Shown: one piece after another, positions 24,500-39,135 of the stretch
Position numbering within the stretch: position 1 is the first letter of the stretch
Layout of the letters: every line of letters begins with the position of its first letter
NCBI RefSeq assembly: GCF_963921235.1
Contig: NC_086097.1
Span: 27,654,001-27,718,000 of the forward strand
Source: Mobula hypostoma
Lineage: Eukaryota
Length of the DNA: 64,000 nucleotides
Reading direction: 5' to 3'
Notes under the pieces: model-generated
Told to the model about the DNA's origin: nothing
Database searches by the model: none
The model's input: only the letters and a program-made list of their open reading frames with translations
Program-made: the position numbers and the translations under genes

Positions 24500-25959
24500 C
24501 TGTTTGCCATCCCTACTCCTCTAAATGTACAATAAGAAAAAAAGGATAACTAACAAAAAGAAATCTACAGCTGATGTCTCAATGAGCCAATGCTGCCTCA
24601 ACACGCCACTCTAACATTGGCTCACTCCCTCAATGGCCTTTCTGCTTAATCCTATCTTTATTTTATTGGACTTTGCCAAGTGCCTAATTACGTTGCAATC
24701 CAAAGTCTCCTCAGGAATTGTGGTATGCAAAATGTGACAAGCCATTATCACCTGAATGATTGTATTATGCTGTATATGTTCCAGGACTAACAATCCACAG
24801 ATTTCAATTATTAATATAAATCTCACCTTGCAGTGGGAGAATTAAAATTCTTGGGTTGCTGAAGAAGGTGGGTCTGGAGACAGTGTAAATATACACGGGG
24901 GAGGTACCAATGAATAGGAAAATGAGACTATAAGACAGGAGCAGGATTCGGCCATTTAGCCCATCAAGTCTGCTTCACCATTCCATCATAATTGATTTAT
25001 TATTTCTCCCAACCTGCAAGTTAACCTTACAGACTCCTGCACAAGGCCTCCCAAGAGCCTTTGCATCTCTGATTTCTGAATTTGCTCCCTATTTAGAAAA
25101 TAGTCTACACGCTTATTCCTTCTACTAAAGTGCATGACCATACACTTCTCTACGCGGCATTCCATCCGACACTTCTTTACCTAATCTTCTAATCTGTCTA
25201 ATTTGTAAGCATTAGTAACATTAAGCCTAACACAGGCTAATAACACATCACTTGCTAAAGGAGTTCTTATTATATGTTGTGTTTGATACATATATTGGAT
25301 ACTACAAATTCAATTACAAGAATTTCCACCTGAATTCTTTATGAAGTTTGTTTACAGATTGGAGAATGGCAGACAGTGATGTTTCCCAGGGGTCAGTGCT
25401 CTATTAATAGCAGACATGGAGGAGCGAAGTTTCCTAATTTGTGCAGCTTCTTTCCCTTTGCCATTAGATTTCTGAACAATGCATGAACTCATTGACACTT
25501 TTTCACACTGCTTTTGCACTAATTATTTTATATACAGGTGTATGGAGTGCCCAGGGAGGGGTAGCACCTCTGGTGAAGGGGCTTATCTTGTCCATTCCGA
25601 GGCAGATCACTCACCTTTGGGCCCCACCGGACACACATATATATTGTACATACATACATGCATACAGTACATACACACACACATATATTTCTTACTGTAA
25701 TTTTTCATGTACTGCTCTGTACTCTGCCACATCAACAAATTTCATGGCATAAATCAGTAATAATAAAGCAGATTCTGATTCTGACATATAAACAGGAGGT
25801 GTAGTGAATAATGAGCATAATAATAAACTGCACAACGACATAAGTAGGCTGGAAGAATGGTCAGATGTTGGGAATTAACAGTAACACAGAGAAGTGTCTG
25901 TACACCCTTTGGTAGTATAATTTACAATGTAAAATAATAGAATTAAAGCTACCAAAAAA

Positions 25960-26185
25960 AATCAACTTTTGCCAATCAACTTTCCAGCTCTTGCCTTCAT
26001 CCCTCCCCCTCCTGTCTTCTCCTATCATTTTGGATCTCCCCCTCACCCTCCCACTTTCAAATCTCTTACTTGCACTTCTTTCAGTTAGTCCTGACGAAGG
26101 GTCTCGGCCCCAAAATGTCGACTGTACCTCTTCCTAGAGATGCTGCCTGACCTGCTGCGTTCACCAGCGACTTTGATGTGTGTTA
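25960..26185 (+). mobile_element. Penelope pseudo-LTR fragment with hammerhead-like motif
   Basis: Closely similar to ~56370-56572; agtc-ctgacga-agggtctcggccc-caaaatgtc-gact. Confidence 0.8.
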
Positions 26186-27399
26186 CTCCTTACAGACAGC
26201 AGCAGGAATTGAACACTGTCAGTGATCAATTCAATGTTGTATTGATCACCATTGCTGTAAACTGATATACTAACCACTATGCTAGCATGCCACCATATTG
26301 TAAAACTATACTCACAAGAAAGCTGGGGAATGTCAGAGAGTGGGAGGTCCATGGAACTCACAGCCGGGGTGTGGGGTGGGGCAGGTGGTATAGGCAGATA
26401 TATTAGGGACATTTAAAATACTCTCAGATAGCCATGTGAATGAGAGAAAAATATGGAAGGCTCTGCGTCAGGGAAGGGCTAGATTGATCTTACAGTAGGT
26501 TCCTAGGTCAGTACAACATCATTCTATGTTCCAGATAATCTGACATACTGCTGATTTCTCCCCTCTACTATAGTTGCTGTCTGAACATAATTGTCTTCAT
26601 AAATATATCACACTACATTATTAAGCATTAACTGTTAACAATAAACCTAACACAGGATAATAACACATATACTAAAGGAGTTATGATTATATGTTGTGTT
26701 TGGTACATTATTAGATGCCACAAATTCAATTACAAGAATTTCCACTTGAATTCTTTATAAAGGCTCTCTATCTTTCATCCTGTCTTGCATCCTGTTGTCC
26801 ATCTGTCTCAGCGTAGATACCAAGCCTCCACTCTCCTCTGTCCTGCCATCCTTCTGAAGTCACTGTGACACCATAACTGACTGTCCCTCTTTGCACTGTC
26901 TCCCATGTTTGCAATTCTATCATGATTACAATCCTGTCAAACCCTGGCTGCACTATTTTGGCGTAGATCAGGAAGTCTACACTTACTGTGACATCTGTCA
27001 CATGTCCAGAATCTCTGAACTGCCTTCACATTGTAAGACAGTTCTTTTCAAGCATCCAGCTCCTTTGCTTAGTTCAGGCCTTTCAGTAGTGCCATTAACA
27101 ACAAAAGCTTTGTAGACCTTGAGCTCCTTCCCATACCTCAACACAGTCACATCTGCTGGAGCAGTACCTTGTGCAAGATTTTTGAGATGCTACCTTTTAC
27201 ACCATCCTGACCTACTGCATTCCTCTACACTGATTTGTATTCATCACTTGGGTGTGGAGAAGATGATTATGCCGCTACCTCCGTTCTGCAGCCCTACTTC
27301 CAAACTGTGCTGAGTGATGCTTTCACTTTCTGAAGTGCTGGCTTATATTCTGCTGGTCCTCTTTGTTAGATTCGGGTGTAAAATTGTACTTTACCTTTC

Positions 27400-27912
27400 T
27401 ACAGAAAAAGGTGGATACAGCCCAATCCATCATAGGAAAAGCTCTCCCCACCAATGAGCACGTTTGCATGGAGCGCCTTTACAAGAAAGGAGCATCCATC
27501 AACTAGGATCCCCACCATCCAGACCATGCTCTCTACTTGCTATTACCATTAGAAAGGAGGTACAAGAGCCTTAGGTCCCACACCACCAGATTCAGGAATA
27601 GTTATAACCCTACAACCACTGGGTTCCTGAACCTGGGTGGATAACTTCACTCACCACAACTTTGAACTCTGAACTGATTCCTACAGGCTTTCAAAGACTC
27701 CACAAACTTATGGTCTCAGTATTATTTATTTTTTATTTGTGCAATTTGTCTTCTTTTGCACATTGGTTGTTTGTCAGTCTTTATGTACAGTTTTTCTTAA
27801 ATTCTATTGTATTTCTTTATTTTCCTGTAATCGTCTGGAAGAAAATGAATCTCAAGGTAGTATACGGTAACATACAGGTATTTTGACAATAAATTTACTT
27901 TCACTTTGACTT
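27400..27912 (+). mobile_element. Rex/Babar-like LINE 3' fragment
   Basis: Shared ORF-end sequence and 3' tail. Confidence 0.75.
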
Positions 27913-29990
27913 CTTTTCACATGATTGCTTGTATTTTTATCTAAATTGTTCAGTGAATTTTCCAGTACAGGCCTATCCAGTATATTTCTGTAGTTTTCCA
28001 GAAGCTACTCAGTTTTCTGTAGCAGGAAAATGCCAATTGAATCTGGCTATTTTATAGGTTAGTTGTTGTCACTGGAATTTTTGTTATCTCTAGTCTGAGA
28101 ATGAGATGACCACTGATACTTTTTCATTTTTCATTTGTCCTTCTTTCTTTGTTCTTATAACACAATAAAATTGCTTAGCAATAAGTTTTATACCTCATTC
28201 TTAACTTCCAAGCAATTTTTGGAACACAAAAGCATCACGATCTAACACCTTCAATATTAACTCCAGTATTTTAAATAGCTTTCATTGAATTTTTCTATTT
28301 GCCATCCTGTAATGTGAGTGATCCATAGTAGAATGGAAAAGCAATAACAGAACACAGAGAAAGTGCAGTGTAAGCAGACAATAAAGTCCATAACCATAAC
28401 AAGTTAAATTTTGGGGTCAAGGATCCATCTCATCATTTAAGAGGCCTTGTTGAATAGTTTTATAAAACAGGTTAGAAGCTGTCTTTGACCCTGGGGTGGT
28501 ACGTGCTCTCAGGCTTTTGTAACTTCTGCCCAAAGGGAGAGGGGAAAAGAGAGAACTTCCAGAGTAGGAGGGCTTTTCATGCTAGCTGCTTTTCTCAGGG
28601 AGCAAGTAAAATATAGGTAGTCAATGGACAGGAGGTTTGTGTCCAGAGCTGTGTCCACGTCTTTCTATAGTTTGCTGAACCTTGAGGTGTGGGTTTTTAG
28701 GCTCCTGCACCTCTTGATGACAGCGGTGAGAAGGGCAACGCTCATATGGTGGGAGTCCTTAATGATAGATGTTGCCTTCCTGAGACATCACATCTTGTAG
28801 ATGTCCTCGATGGTGGGGAGAGCTGTACTTGGGACAGAACTGGACTTTTTGTATAGGAGTTTCTATACCAGGCCATGATGCAACCAGTCAGAATGCTTTA
28901 CATGGTACATCTGTAGAAGTATGTCAAAGTCTCTGAAGATATGCCAAATCTGCTTAAACTTCTCAGAAATAGAGCCATTGACACGCCTTCTCTGTGGTTA
29001 AAGATTAAGGAATGATTTAATGCAAGCCACTCAAAATACAGTGCTTAAGATTGAGTAACTATAGAGAAACTGTATCCAGAAAGGATCAGTAACCAAGGAA
29101 ACAGGTTTACAGTGATTGGCAAATGAGACAGAGATGACAGTAGGAAACTTTTTTTTTACATAGCAGTTAGTTGTGATCTGGAACACACTGACGCAAAGGA
29201 TGGTGAACACAGATTCGCAAGTAGTTAGGAGAAGGTACTGGCAAATACATTGAAGGAAAAAAAGAATGTATGAGGTTTTGTGGATGGAGTTGAACTTGAT
29301 TGATCCAACTGACAAACAGCATGCCTCTTGGCCACATCATTCTATGATTCCATCTCATTCCACTCACTTAGGCCAGTGTCAAAGTCAAAGTAAATGTATT
29401 ATCAAAAAACGTATATGATACGTTTACCATATACTACCTTGAAATTTATTTTCTTGCAGGCATTTACAAGAAAATAAATAGAGTTTATGAAAAAACTATA
29501 CATAAACAAACTCTGACAAATAACCAATGTGCAAAAGAAGAGAACTCGAGCAAATAATATAAAAAGTAAATAGACATTATTGAGAACATAATTATAGTCA
29601 TTGAAAGTGAGTCTATAGTTTGGAGCACAAAAATCTGCAGATGTTAGAAATCCAAGCAACACATACAAAATGCTGGAGAAACTCAGCAGGCCAGGTAGTA
29701 TCTATGGAAAAGAACAAACAGATGATGTTTCAGGCTGAGATCCTTCATCCGGATTGGAAAAAAAGATGAGTATGGCCTGGATGACAGGGGTCCTTGACGA
29801 TGGATTCTGCTTTCCTGTAGTAGCGCCCCTGGTAAATGCACTCAGTAGTGGAGAAGGTTTTGCTTGTGATGTTCTGAACCATTTCCACCACTTTTTGTAG
29901 ACCCAGGCTACCCAGAGTGTGCAGTACTTTCCTGTCTAGGACTTCTGAAGTCTGTGCAAGTCAGCAATGAGAACAGTTGCTCACACAGAT

Positions 29991-30900
29991 TTTTTTTTTC
30001 TCCAAAAATACTTTATTCGGAAGTATTACAAAATAAAGTTATATACATATTAAAAAAACATTCGTTGACCCTGAGTTCTTATTCAATAAATAAAGTTATT
30101 TTCAATAAAATTATGCGTTGACTCTCTGTTCATATACAAATGAAAGATGTTTACAATAAATCATTCATTTACTCTCAACCCTTGGTCAAGAGTTAAGACT
30201 TATTTACAATAAAATTATCAACAATAAAGGCAGGTATTGGCTCTAATTCCTTTTCCAAATTAACAATTCCACCCACTCCTAGGGCACCATGTTGATTATC
30301 TGTCCACACCACTGATGAGGGTTATTCTCCTGCCACCCGACCCCTCCGACTCCCACGGGTGATGAACCTTAAACTGTGGTCCTTCCCCACCGGGCCTTCA
30401 CGGTGGCCGCACCAAGCTTGAGTGCATCCCTCAGCACGTACTCCTGCAGGCGAGAGTGAGCCAGTCAGCAGTATTCAGTCATGGACATCTCCATGTGCTG
30501 GCAGACCACCAAGTTTCGGGCAGACCAAAGCGCGTCTTTCACCGAATTGATGATCTGCCAGCAGCACCGCATGTTTGTCTCTGTGTGCGTCCCCGGGAAC
30601 AGCCCGTAGATCACGGAGTCCTTGGTAATGCAGCTGCTGGGCATGAATCTTTGCACTGTCCCCTCCATTCTCCTCCACACCTTCTTTGAGAACCCACAGT
30701 GTGCAAAGAGGTGAGCCACCGACTCCACCCCATTACAGTCCTCCCGTGGGCAGTGGGGTGCGGAGACGATATTCCGAGCGTACAGGAGGGATCTGACTGG
30801 GAGGGCCCCTCTTACCGCCAGCCAGGCGAGATCTTTGTGCCTGTTGGTGAGGTCTGGCGATGAGGCATTTTGCCAGATGAACTGGATGGTCTGCTCAGGG
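29991..30900 (-). mobile_element. Tx1-type L1-clade LINE 3' end
   Basis: ORF2 C-terminal zinc finger HCPREDCNGVESVAHLFAHC and KDALWSARN motif; polyA (polyT on +) at 29991. Confidence 0.85.
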
Positions 30901-32234
30901 AATAGATCTACAGTAAGCCAGGTGCAAAGCAACACAGTCCCACCAGTGGATGAAGCCATTTGTGGTGACAACAGCATTGAAAAACAAATGCATTGTGAGG
31001 CACTTCCTCCAGAAACTTTGCTCATGGGTTGTCATGGATACAGAGCTGTTAACTGCCGTGAGGTATTTGAATTTTTTAGTAGCAAACCACAGTTAAATGC
31101 TCTTTTGGCTTCTAGCACAGAAGACTAGACTAAAAAAAATACCCATTTCTGTTTAGTCATACATTTTGATTCCTTATTTTGTTTCCATAGTAACGGCTTG
31201 GATTTCATTTCAAACCAATTCACAGCTTCCTCAAAAATGAATCTGAAGTCACTCTTGCAACTTTCAGGAGCACCATTAATTATTGTTCAAGGAGCTCTCA
31301 AGCTGTTTACAGTTGTGCAGTCCCTAGTAACAGTTAAAAAGTTCAGAGAAGTGGGAAGAAAAGATAAAGATTGGCTTTAATTAGACACATAGAGTACAAC
31401 AACATAGCTACAGGCCCTTTGGCCCATCTAGTCCATGCTGAGCAGCTTAGTCTCATCGACCCACAGCTAGACCAAAGCCCTCTATACTCCTCCCATCCAG
31501 CTACCCATCCAAACTTCTCTGAACACTTCCAGCACTTCCGCTGGCTGCTCGTTCCACACTCTGACTACCCTCTAACCCTCTAAGTGGAGAAGATCCCCAT
31601 CAGGTTCTCCTTAAACATTTGTTACACGTATGTTGAAACATAATGCATGGGTTGTGTCAAGGATGTGCCAGGGCAGCCTGCAAGTGTCACCATATTTCCG
31701 GTCCCAACATAGCATGCCCACAACTTACTAACTATAATCCATACATCTTCGGAGTGTGGGAGGAAGCTGGAGCACATGGAGAAACCCCACACAGTCACGG
31801 GGGAAAACGCATAAGCTCCCTACAGGCAGCAGCGATAATTGTGTTACAAAGTGTTACGCTAAACACTACACTACAATGCCGCCCAATGAAATCAATGTAG
31901 GGAGGTTCATGTTTGGGAAGAGAGAAATGGAAAGGTTTAAAGAAAGAGAAGCAAAGTGCCAGATCAGAACTGTTGATCATAGAAAGAGTTCCAGAACAAA
32001 GATGAAGATTTTTATATATTGGTAAAAGAACTAACTATGGTCAGGAAAAAAGTTAGTAGTACAATTCAGCATATTGCAAGAAAATCTAGTTTAGAAATTA
32101 TAGGAATTTATGGCACAAAGTCAATACAGCTGATTGCGTTCATGCCAGTCAGAAATCTACTCCCCCAGCTCCCATTGCCCTGCCAGTTCTGCTCCTCAAG
32201 TGGTCATCCATGTGCTTTGTAAATGTGGTGAGGA

Positions 32235-32655
32235 TTTTGCCGATAGCTTGGAAGAAGCCTTTGAAAGGAAGCTCTCCAAGTACGCAGGACTGGTCAGCAA
32301 CTGTCAGCAGGCTGGATGGAGAGTGAGGTGTCTCCCAGTGGAGGTTGGTTGCAGGGGATTCGTAGCCCGCTCCTTAGTTAGAGCCTTCAGCAATTTGGGC
32401 ATCGAGGGAGAGAGGAAGAGGAGAGCCATCCGCAGTACCACCGATGCGGCAGAGAGGGCCTCAAGATGGCTGTGGCTCAAAAGAGGGGAGCCATGGAGTC
32501 ATAAGTAGCTAGCCATCTGGACACAAGCTGGGGTCTGATCAGCCCTGGCTGGGTCACCTGGAGGAGGTTGTATGAAGTTGAAAGACCCGAAACACCCGAT
32601 GATTCCAGGAACATCACTGAAGATGTGTCCAGAAGCATCAATAGATGTATGTACA
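32235..32655 (+). mobile_element. Hero-type RLE non-LTR retrotransposon 3' end
   Basis: EEAFERKLSKY...PVEVGCRGF...AAERASRWLWLKR. Confidence 0.85.
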
Positions 32656-32928
32656 CAGCCTCCACCAATCTTTCAGGCAATCAGCACGTCCCACATCCCC
32701 ATCACGTGTTGAATGAAGTAACTTCTCAGCTGCACTGACCGATTAACTTAAATCTATGAATGCCTACAAAAAACGGTGATAATCCTCAATGAAATAATCC
32801 CCTTTGACACCCTTTACTCCAAATAACCCCTAGTTTAGACCGTTTTTCCTCATGACTATAAAACTCCAGCTCTGCCACTATCTTTGTAAATCTCCTCTGC
32901 TCCACTTCCTATTGTGTGGTGACCAGAA

Positions 32929-33430
32929 TTATTTGATAAAGAGCAGACCATGGGCACGGTAAAAAAAAGTCTCAAAGTCCCGATCGACTCATCATCTCAC
33001 ACAGACGGTAGAAGGGAGAAACTCTCCCTGCCATGAACCTCCAAGCGCCGCAAACTTGCCAACGCAGCACCACTGTAAGCACCCGACCGCAGCGGACTCT
33101 GAGTCCGTCCAAAAACTTCGAGCCTCCAACCAGCCCTTCGACACCGAGCACCAAGCACCATCCTCTGCCGAGCGCTTCAACCCCAGCTCCGGCCACCGAG
33201 CAACAAGCAAAGCTGAGGACTCGGGGCCTTCCCCTCCGGAGATTTCGGACCACACAGTAGCAGCAGCAGCGAAGCAGGCATTTCAGAAGTTTCACCAGAT
33301 GTTCCTCCGTGCTCTCACGTCCGTCTCCATCAAATTAGGATTGTGCACGGCACCCTACTTGACAAATAACAGACATCACCACCGGAATGGCCGCTGCGAG
33401 CTGCGTCGCGCCGCCATCTTCTCTCCTCTC
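32929..33430 (-). mobile_element. Second (3'-truncated) copy of the AAGATGGCG-headed retroposon
   Basis: Reverse complement aligns with 23805-24310. Confidence 0.75.
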
Positions 33431-36400
33431 ACGTTAGTTAATTTTGTATACTTCTATTAAAACTCCTGCATCTTCAGAGATTTGTAGGCAAGCACAATAT
33501 GTTCTTCACATGTCTTAGTATACTACTATTTATTGTACATTCCTTTACTTTGTTTGTACTCTCCAAAGGTGCCCTCTCATACTTCTTCCTTTTGAATTCC
33601 ATGAGCCACCCACCAACCAATCAGTTAATGTCTTCCCAAAGCTTAGGAATTTCTTCTTGTGTCTCAACCACATTCCCAATTTTGGTATTCCCAACAATGG
33701 TAATTTTCCTAATTGTGACCCCCACATTTAAGTCCAAATCATCTGGATGCAACAAGAAGACTAATGGGTCTGATACTGACACCAGTGGAGCCCAATCGCA
33801 TCTATAATATCCCAGTCAGTAAAATTCTTGCTCCTTTTGTCCCGAACCAATGTCATTCCATTTTGCTAATGTCCTTGGGTCTTGTGGGCTTTTACTTTCT
33901 TGATCAGTCTCCCATGCCATATCAAATACCTTGCTAATTTTGATGTACTTGACATTATATGCACTACCCCCATGATATGTCATGCCACAGTTCAAGTTAG
34001 GTAATCGAACAGAACCTTCCCTTAACAAATCCTTGTTGACTGTCCTTGTTTAATCTTTCTGAAGCAAATAAAAAGCTGATGCTGGAAATCTGAAACTAAC
34101 ATGGAAAATGCAGAAATAGTCAGCAGGTCAGAATCAGAATCAGATTTGATATCATTGGCATATGTCATGAAATCTGTTAACTTAGCAGCAGCAGTACAAT
34201 GCAATACATATAGAAAAAATAAGTAAATCAATTACAGTAAGTCTATATGTATATTAAATAGTTAAATAAAATAAGTGCAAAAACAAAAGTAATATTTTAA
34301 AAAGTGAGGTAGTGTCCATGGGTTCAATATCCATCTAAGAATCAGATGGCAGAGGGGAAGAAGCTGTTCCTGAATCGCTGAGTGTGTGCCTTCAGGCTCT
34401 GTACCTCAATCCTGACAGTAACAGTGAGGAAAGGCATCAGTGCAGCATCACGGCAGGTCAGGCAGCATCAGTGCAGAATGAAATAGGATTAAAGTTTGAA
34501 ATCAATGAGCCTTCTTCAGAACCAAATCCTCTATCCTCATTCATACACCCTGTTACACCCTCTTGTAATTCAACTTGGTTATGCATATGATCTTGTTTTA
34601 ACAAGTCTATGTTGACAAGGGTCATACACCTGAGACAATCTCAAAGAAGACACATCAGTGGATCTACTTCATTAGGAGTTTGAGGGATTTGGTATCTCAC
34701 CAAAGACTCAGGCAAACTTCTACAGATGTACAGTGGAGAGTATGCTGACTGGTATGGAGGCTCAAATACACGGGATCGTATAAGACTGCAGAAGGTTCAG
34801 AGGGTTGTAAACTCAGCCAGCTCCATCTGGGCATTAGCCTCACCACCATCAAGGTGATGCATCAAGAAGGCGGTATCCATCACTGAGTATCCTCATCATA
34901 AGAGATGTGCACACTTCACTGGGGAGAAGATACAGGAGCCTGAAGACCCACACTCAACAATTCAGGAACAGCTTTTTCTGCCCCGCTATCAGATTTCTGA
35001 ATGATCAGTGAACATTACCTAGCTATTCCTCTTTTGCAATATTTATTTTTCAATCTTACAGTAACTTTTATAACTTGCACTGTACTGCTGCTGCAACCTT
35101 CATGACATATGCCAGTGATAATAAAGCTGATTCTGATTCTTCGAATTCTCTCTCTACGTATGCTGCCTGATCTAACTAAGTATTCCCTCATTTATCTTCT
35201 AGTCCCTTAAATATATTACCTGGATATTTTTTTCTCTAACAATTTGCCCACTAATTATGACAAATTGACCATAAGACCAGAAGACAAAGGAGCAGAAATG
35301 GGCCATTCAGCCCATCGAGTCTGCTCTATCATTCCATTGTGGCTGATTTATTATCCCACTCAACCCCATTATCCTACCTTCTCCCCATAAGCTTTGATGC
35401 CCTTACTACTCAAGAAGCTACCAACCTTCACTTTAAATATACTTAATGACATAGCCTGCACAGCTATCTGTGGCAATGAATCCTACTGATTCACTGGCCC
35501 CCGGCTAAAGAAATTCCTCTGTTTTAAGGAGATGTCTTCGTATTCTGAGGCTGTACCATGTGGTCCTAAACTCCTCCACTATAGGAAGCATCCTCTGCAG
35601 ATCCAATCTATCAAGGCCTCTCAATATTTGGTAGATTACATTGAGATCACCCCAGTTTTTCTAAATTCCAGCAAGTACAGACCCAGAGCTATCAAACACT
35701 CATCATATGTTATTCCTTTCATCCCGGGATCAGTCTAACGAACCTCCTCTGGATCCTCTCCAATGTCAGCACATCCTTTCTTACATAAGAGGTCTTTATT
35801 AGATAAGATAATAACCTGCTTTGCCGAAACTCAGCCTATCTGTTTATCAGCATCCTCTCAATTCACTGACACCATTCTAATAGCCAGAGCACATTACAAG
35901 GTTGTACTCAGTCTCTATTGCTTCTCACTTGCTTTGAATAAGTGCCTGGCAATTCATCCACTTAAAGATCCAAGACCTCTGAATGTATCTTGCCTTTATG
36001 TCCAGCATTTCAATGTTTTCTCGAATGATTAACTTGCAGGTTGAGTTGATAAGAAGGAAGGCAGGAGATTGGGGTACATTATCTGCCTCTACCAAGAAGA
36101 CAAAAGCAAAAATATGCATTGAGAATGGTAAGATCTCTAGGGTTGTGACCTCAGGGTTATTACCCTTGCCACATGGTAGTGAGGCCAGAAATAGAAAGAT
36201 AATATTGATAGGGTCTTTTAAGAGACTCCTGGATGGCTACATGGAGCTCAGAAAAATAGAGGGCTATGGATAAAGCGCAGGTGGTTCTAAGGTAGGGGCA
36301 TGATTGGCACAGCTTTGTGGGCTGAAGGGCCTGTATTGTGCTGTATGTTTCTATGATTCTATATACAGTTTAACATGTGGCTAAGGAGATGGTGCAGGAG

Positions 36401-36584
36401 GGAGGGCTTCAGATTTTTGGATTATTGGGCTCACTTCTAAAGATGGGACCTGTACAGGCAGGCTAGCTTGCACCTGAACTGGAAGGGAACTAATATCTTT
36501 GTAGGAAGGTTTGCTAGTGTTGTACAGAAAGGCTTAAATTAGAGTTCTGGTGGGGGGGGGGGGGAACCAGAGCACCAGAACAGA

Positions 36585-37750
36585 TCATAAGACCTAAGAC
36601 ATAGAAGCAGAATTAGGCCATTCAGCCCATCGAGTCTGCTCTGCCATTCCATCATGGCTGATCTTGGATCCACACAACCTCATACTCCTGTCTTCTCACC
36701 ATAACCTTTGAATTCCCGTCCAAACAAGAAACTATCAATTTTCGCTTTAAATATACCCAAGGTCTTGGCCTCCACAGCTGTCACAGCAGAGCATTCCACA
36801 GATTCACTACTCTCTGGCTATAAAAGTTCCTCCTTAACTCTGTTCTAAAGGGTTGCCATTCAATTTTGAGGCTGTGCCCTCAAGTTCTGGACACTCCCAC
36901 CATAGGAAGCATCCTCTCCACATCCACCCTATCTAGTCCTTTCAACATTCTGTAGATTTCAATGAGATCCCCCCACAACATTCTTCTAAATTCCAGTGAG
37001 TACAGGCCTAAAGCTGCCAAATGCTCCTCATATGTAAATCACTTCATTCCCAGAACCATCCTTGAGAACCTCCTCTGGACTCTCTCCAATGGCAACATAT
37101 CCTTTCTGAGATATGTGGCCCAGAACTGTTGACAATACTCCAAGTGCAGCCTGACTACTGTCTTAAAAAGACCCAGCATTATCTCCTTGTTTTTATATTC
37201 TATTTCCTTTGAAATAAATGCCAACATTCCATTTGCCCTCTTCACCACAGACTCAACCTGTAAATTAACCTTCTGGGAGTCTTGCAGAAGTCCTCTGATG
37301 TTTCAATTTTCTGCCCCTTCAGATAATAGTCTGCACTATTGCTCCTTTTACCAACATGTATTATCATTCATTTCCCAACACTGTATTCCATCTGCCACTT
37401 TTTTGCCTATTCTTCCAATTTGTCTAAGTCCTTCTACAATCGCATTGCTTCCTCAGCACTACCTACCCCTCCACCTATCATATCTTTCGCAAACTTTGCC
37501 ACAAAGCCATCAATTCCACTATCTAAATTATTGATAAACAACGTGAAAAGTAACTGTCCCAGTATTAACCCCTGAAGAACACCACCAGTCACTGGCAGCC
37601 AACCAGAAAAGGCCCCCTTTATTCCCACTCACTGTTCCTGCTTATAAACCATTCCTCCATCCATGCCAGTATCTTTCCTGTAATACCATGGGATTTTATC
37701 TTGTTAAGCAGCTTCATGTGTGGCACCTTATCAAATGCCTTCTGAAAATA
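36585..37750 (-). mobile_element. CR1 LINE 3' fragment
   Basis: FQKAFDKVPH, GIKGAFSGWLPV, VRLHLEYC; 3' tail at 36585. Confidence 0.88.
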
Positions 37751-37879
37751 CAAGCTAGTAGAGTGGATATGGGGAAAGATGTTCTTAAGTCTACAGACAA
37801 AGTTAGGAATTAAAAGGTTGAGCACGGTGGGATTAATGTTTTGAGTTTTGTATATTTCAATGCAAGGAATATTACACGA

Positions 37880-39135
37880 AAGGCAGAAGAGATTCATGGA
37901 TCACCAAATGGAATTATAACAATATAGCCATTAGTAGATGCTGGTTGCGGGATGGGGGCGGGGGGAGACGCCAGCATCTGCAGATTTTCTCTTGTTTGTG
38001 ATTGTAGCCATTAGTGCAACTTGGTTGCAGAAGGGACAGGACTGTCAGCTCAGTGTTCTGGGTTTCTGTTGTTTTAGATGTGATAGAGCAGGAGGGGTTA
38101 AAGGGTGAGGGGTGGCATTACTAGTCAGGGAAAATGTCACAGCAGTGCTCAGACGACAGGCTGGAGTGCTCATCTACTGAGGCTATATGGTAGAACTGAG
38201 GAATAAGAAAGGGATGACTACGTTAATGGGAATATATTATAGACCACCAAATAGTCAGCAGGACTTAGAGCAGCAACCCTGTAGAGAGATTTCAGACTGT
38301 TACAGGGAACATAAGGTTGTGCTAGTGGGTGATATTAATTTTCACATATTGACTGGAACTCCAATACTGTAAAGGGCTGGATAGGATAGAGTTTGTCAAA
38401 TGTACTCAGGGAAGTTTTCTTAATCAATACATAGAGGTCCCAACTACAGGGAGTGTGATGCTAGACCTACTTACTAGATAGTTTGGATTGGGACAGGTTT
38501 GTTTTGCCAAAGGTATGCTTGGTAAGTGGGGACGTTCAAAAGTGAAATTTTGAGAGTACAGAGTTTGTATGTTTCTGTCAGAATAAAAGGCAATTATAAC
38601 AGATTTAAGGAACCTTGATTTTTGAGAGATATTGAGGCCCTGTTTAAGAAGAAGGGGGAGGTACTGTATATAGCAGGTCTAGCAGGAAGGAACAAATGAG
38701 GCACACGAGGAGTGTAAGAGATTCATGTGAAAACTTAAGTAGGAAGGCGAACAAAAGGCATGAGGTTGCTCTAGCAGACAAATGAAGGAGAATCCCAAAG
38801 GCTTCTACCGATATATTGATGGCAAAAGATTGGCAAGGGGCATTGGTTCTCTTGATGATCAGAGTGGTTACCTATGTGTGGAGCTGAAAGAGACAGGGGA
38901 GATCTTAAATGGATTTCTTGCATATGTATTTACTCAGGAAATGTACCCAATGTTTATAGAAGTGAGGCAAAACAGCAGTGAGGTCATGTACTGTATAAAG
39001 AATACAGGGGAGGAAGTATTTGCTGTCTTGAGGCAAATTAGGGCCTGACAACGTGTTCCCTTGGACTTGTTGGAGGCTAGTGCAGAATTGCAAAGGCCCT
39101 AGCAGAGGTACTTAAATCATCCTTAGCCATGGCTG
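37880..39135 (+). mobile_element. Degenerate CR1 ORF2 endonuclease/tether region
   Basis: YYRPPNS, VLVGDINF, KENPKGFYRYI. Confidence 0.75.

Noticed and set aside
24820..24890. Minus-strand donor-like aag|gtgag as a candidate TTC7B exon
   Set aside because: Translation does not resemble TTC7B and there is no convincing acceptor
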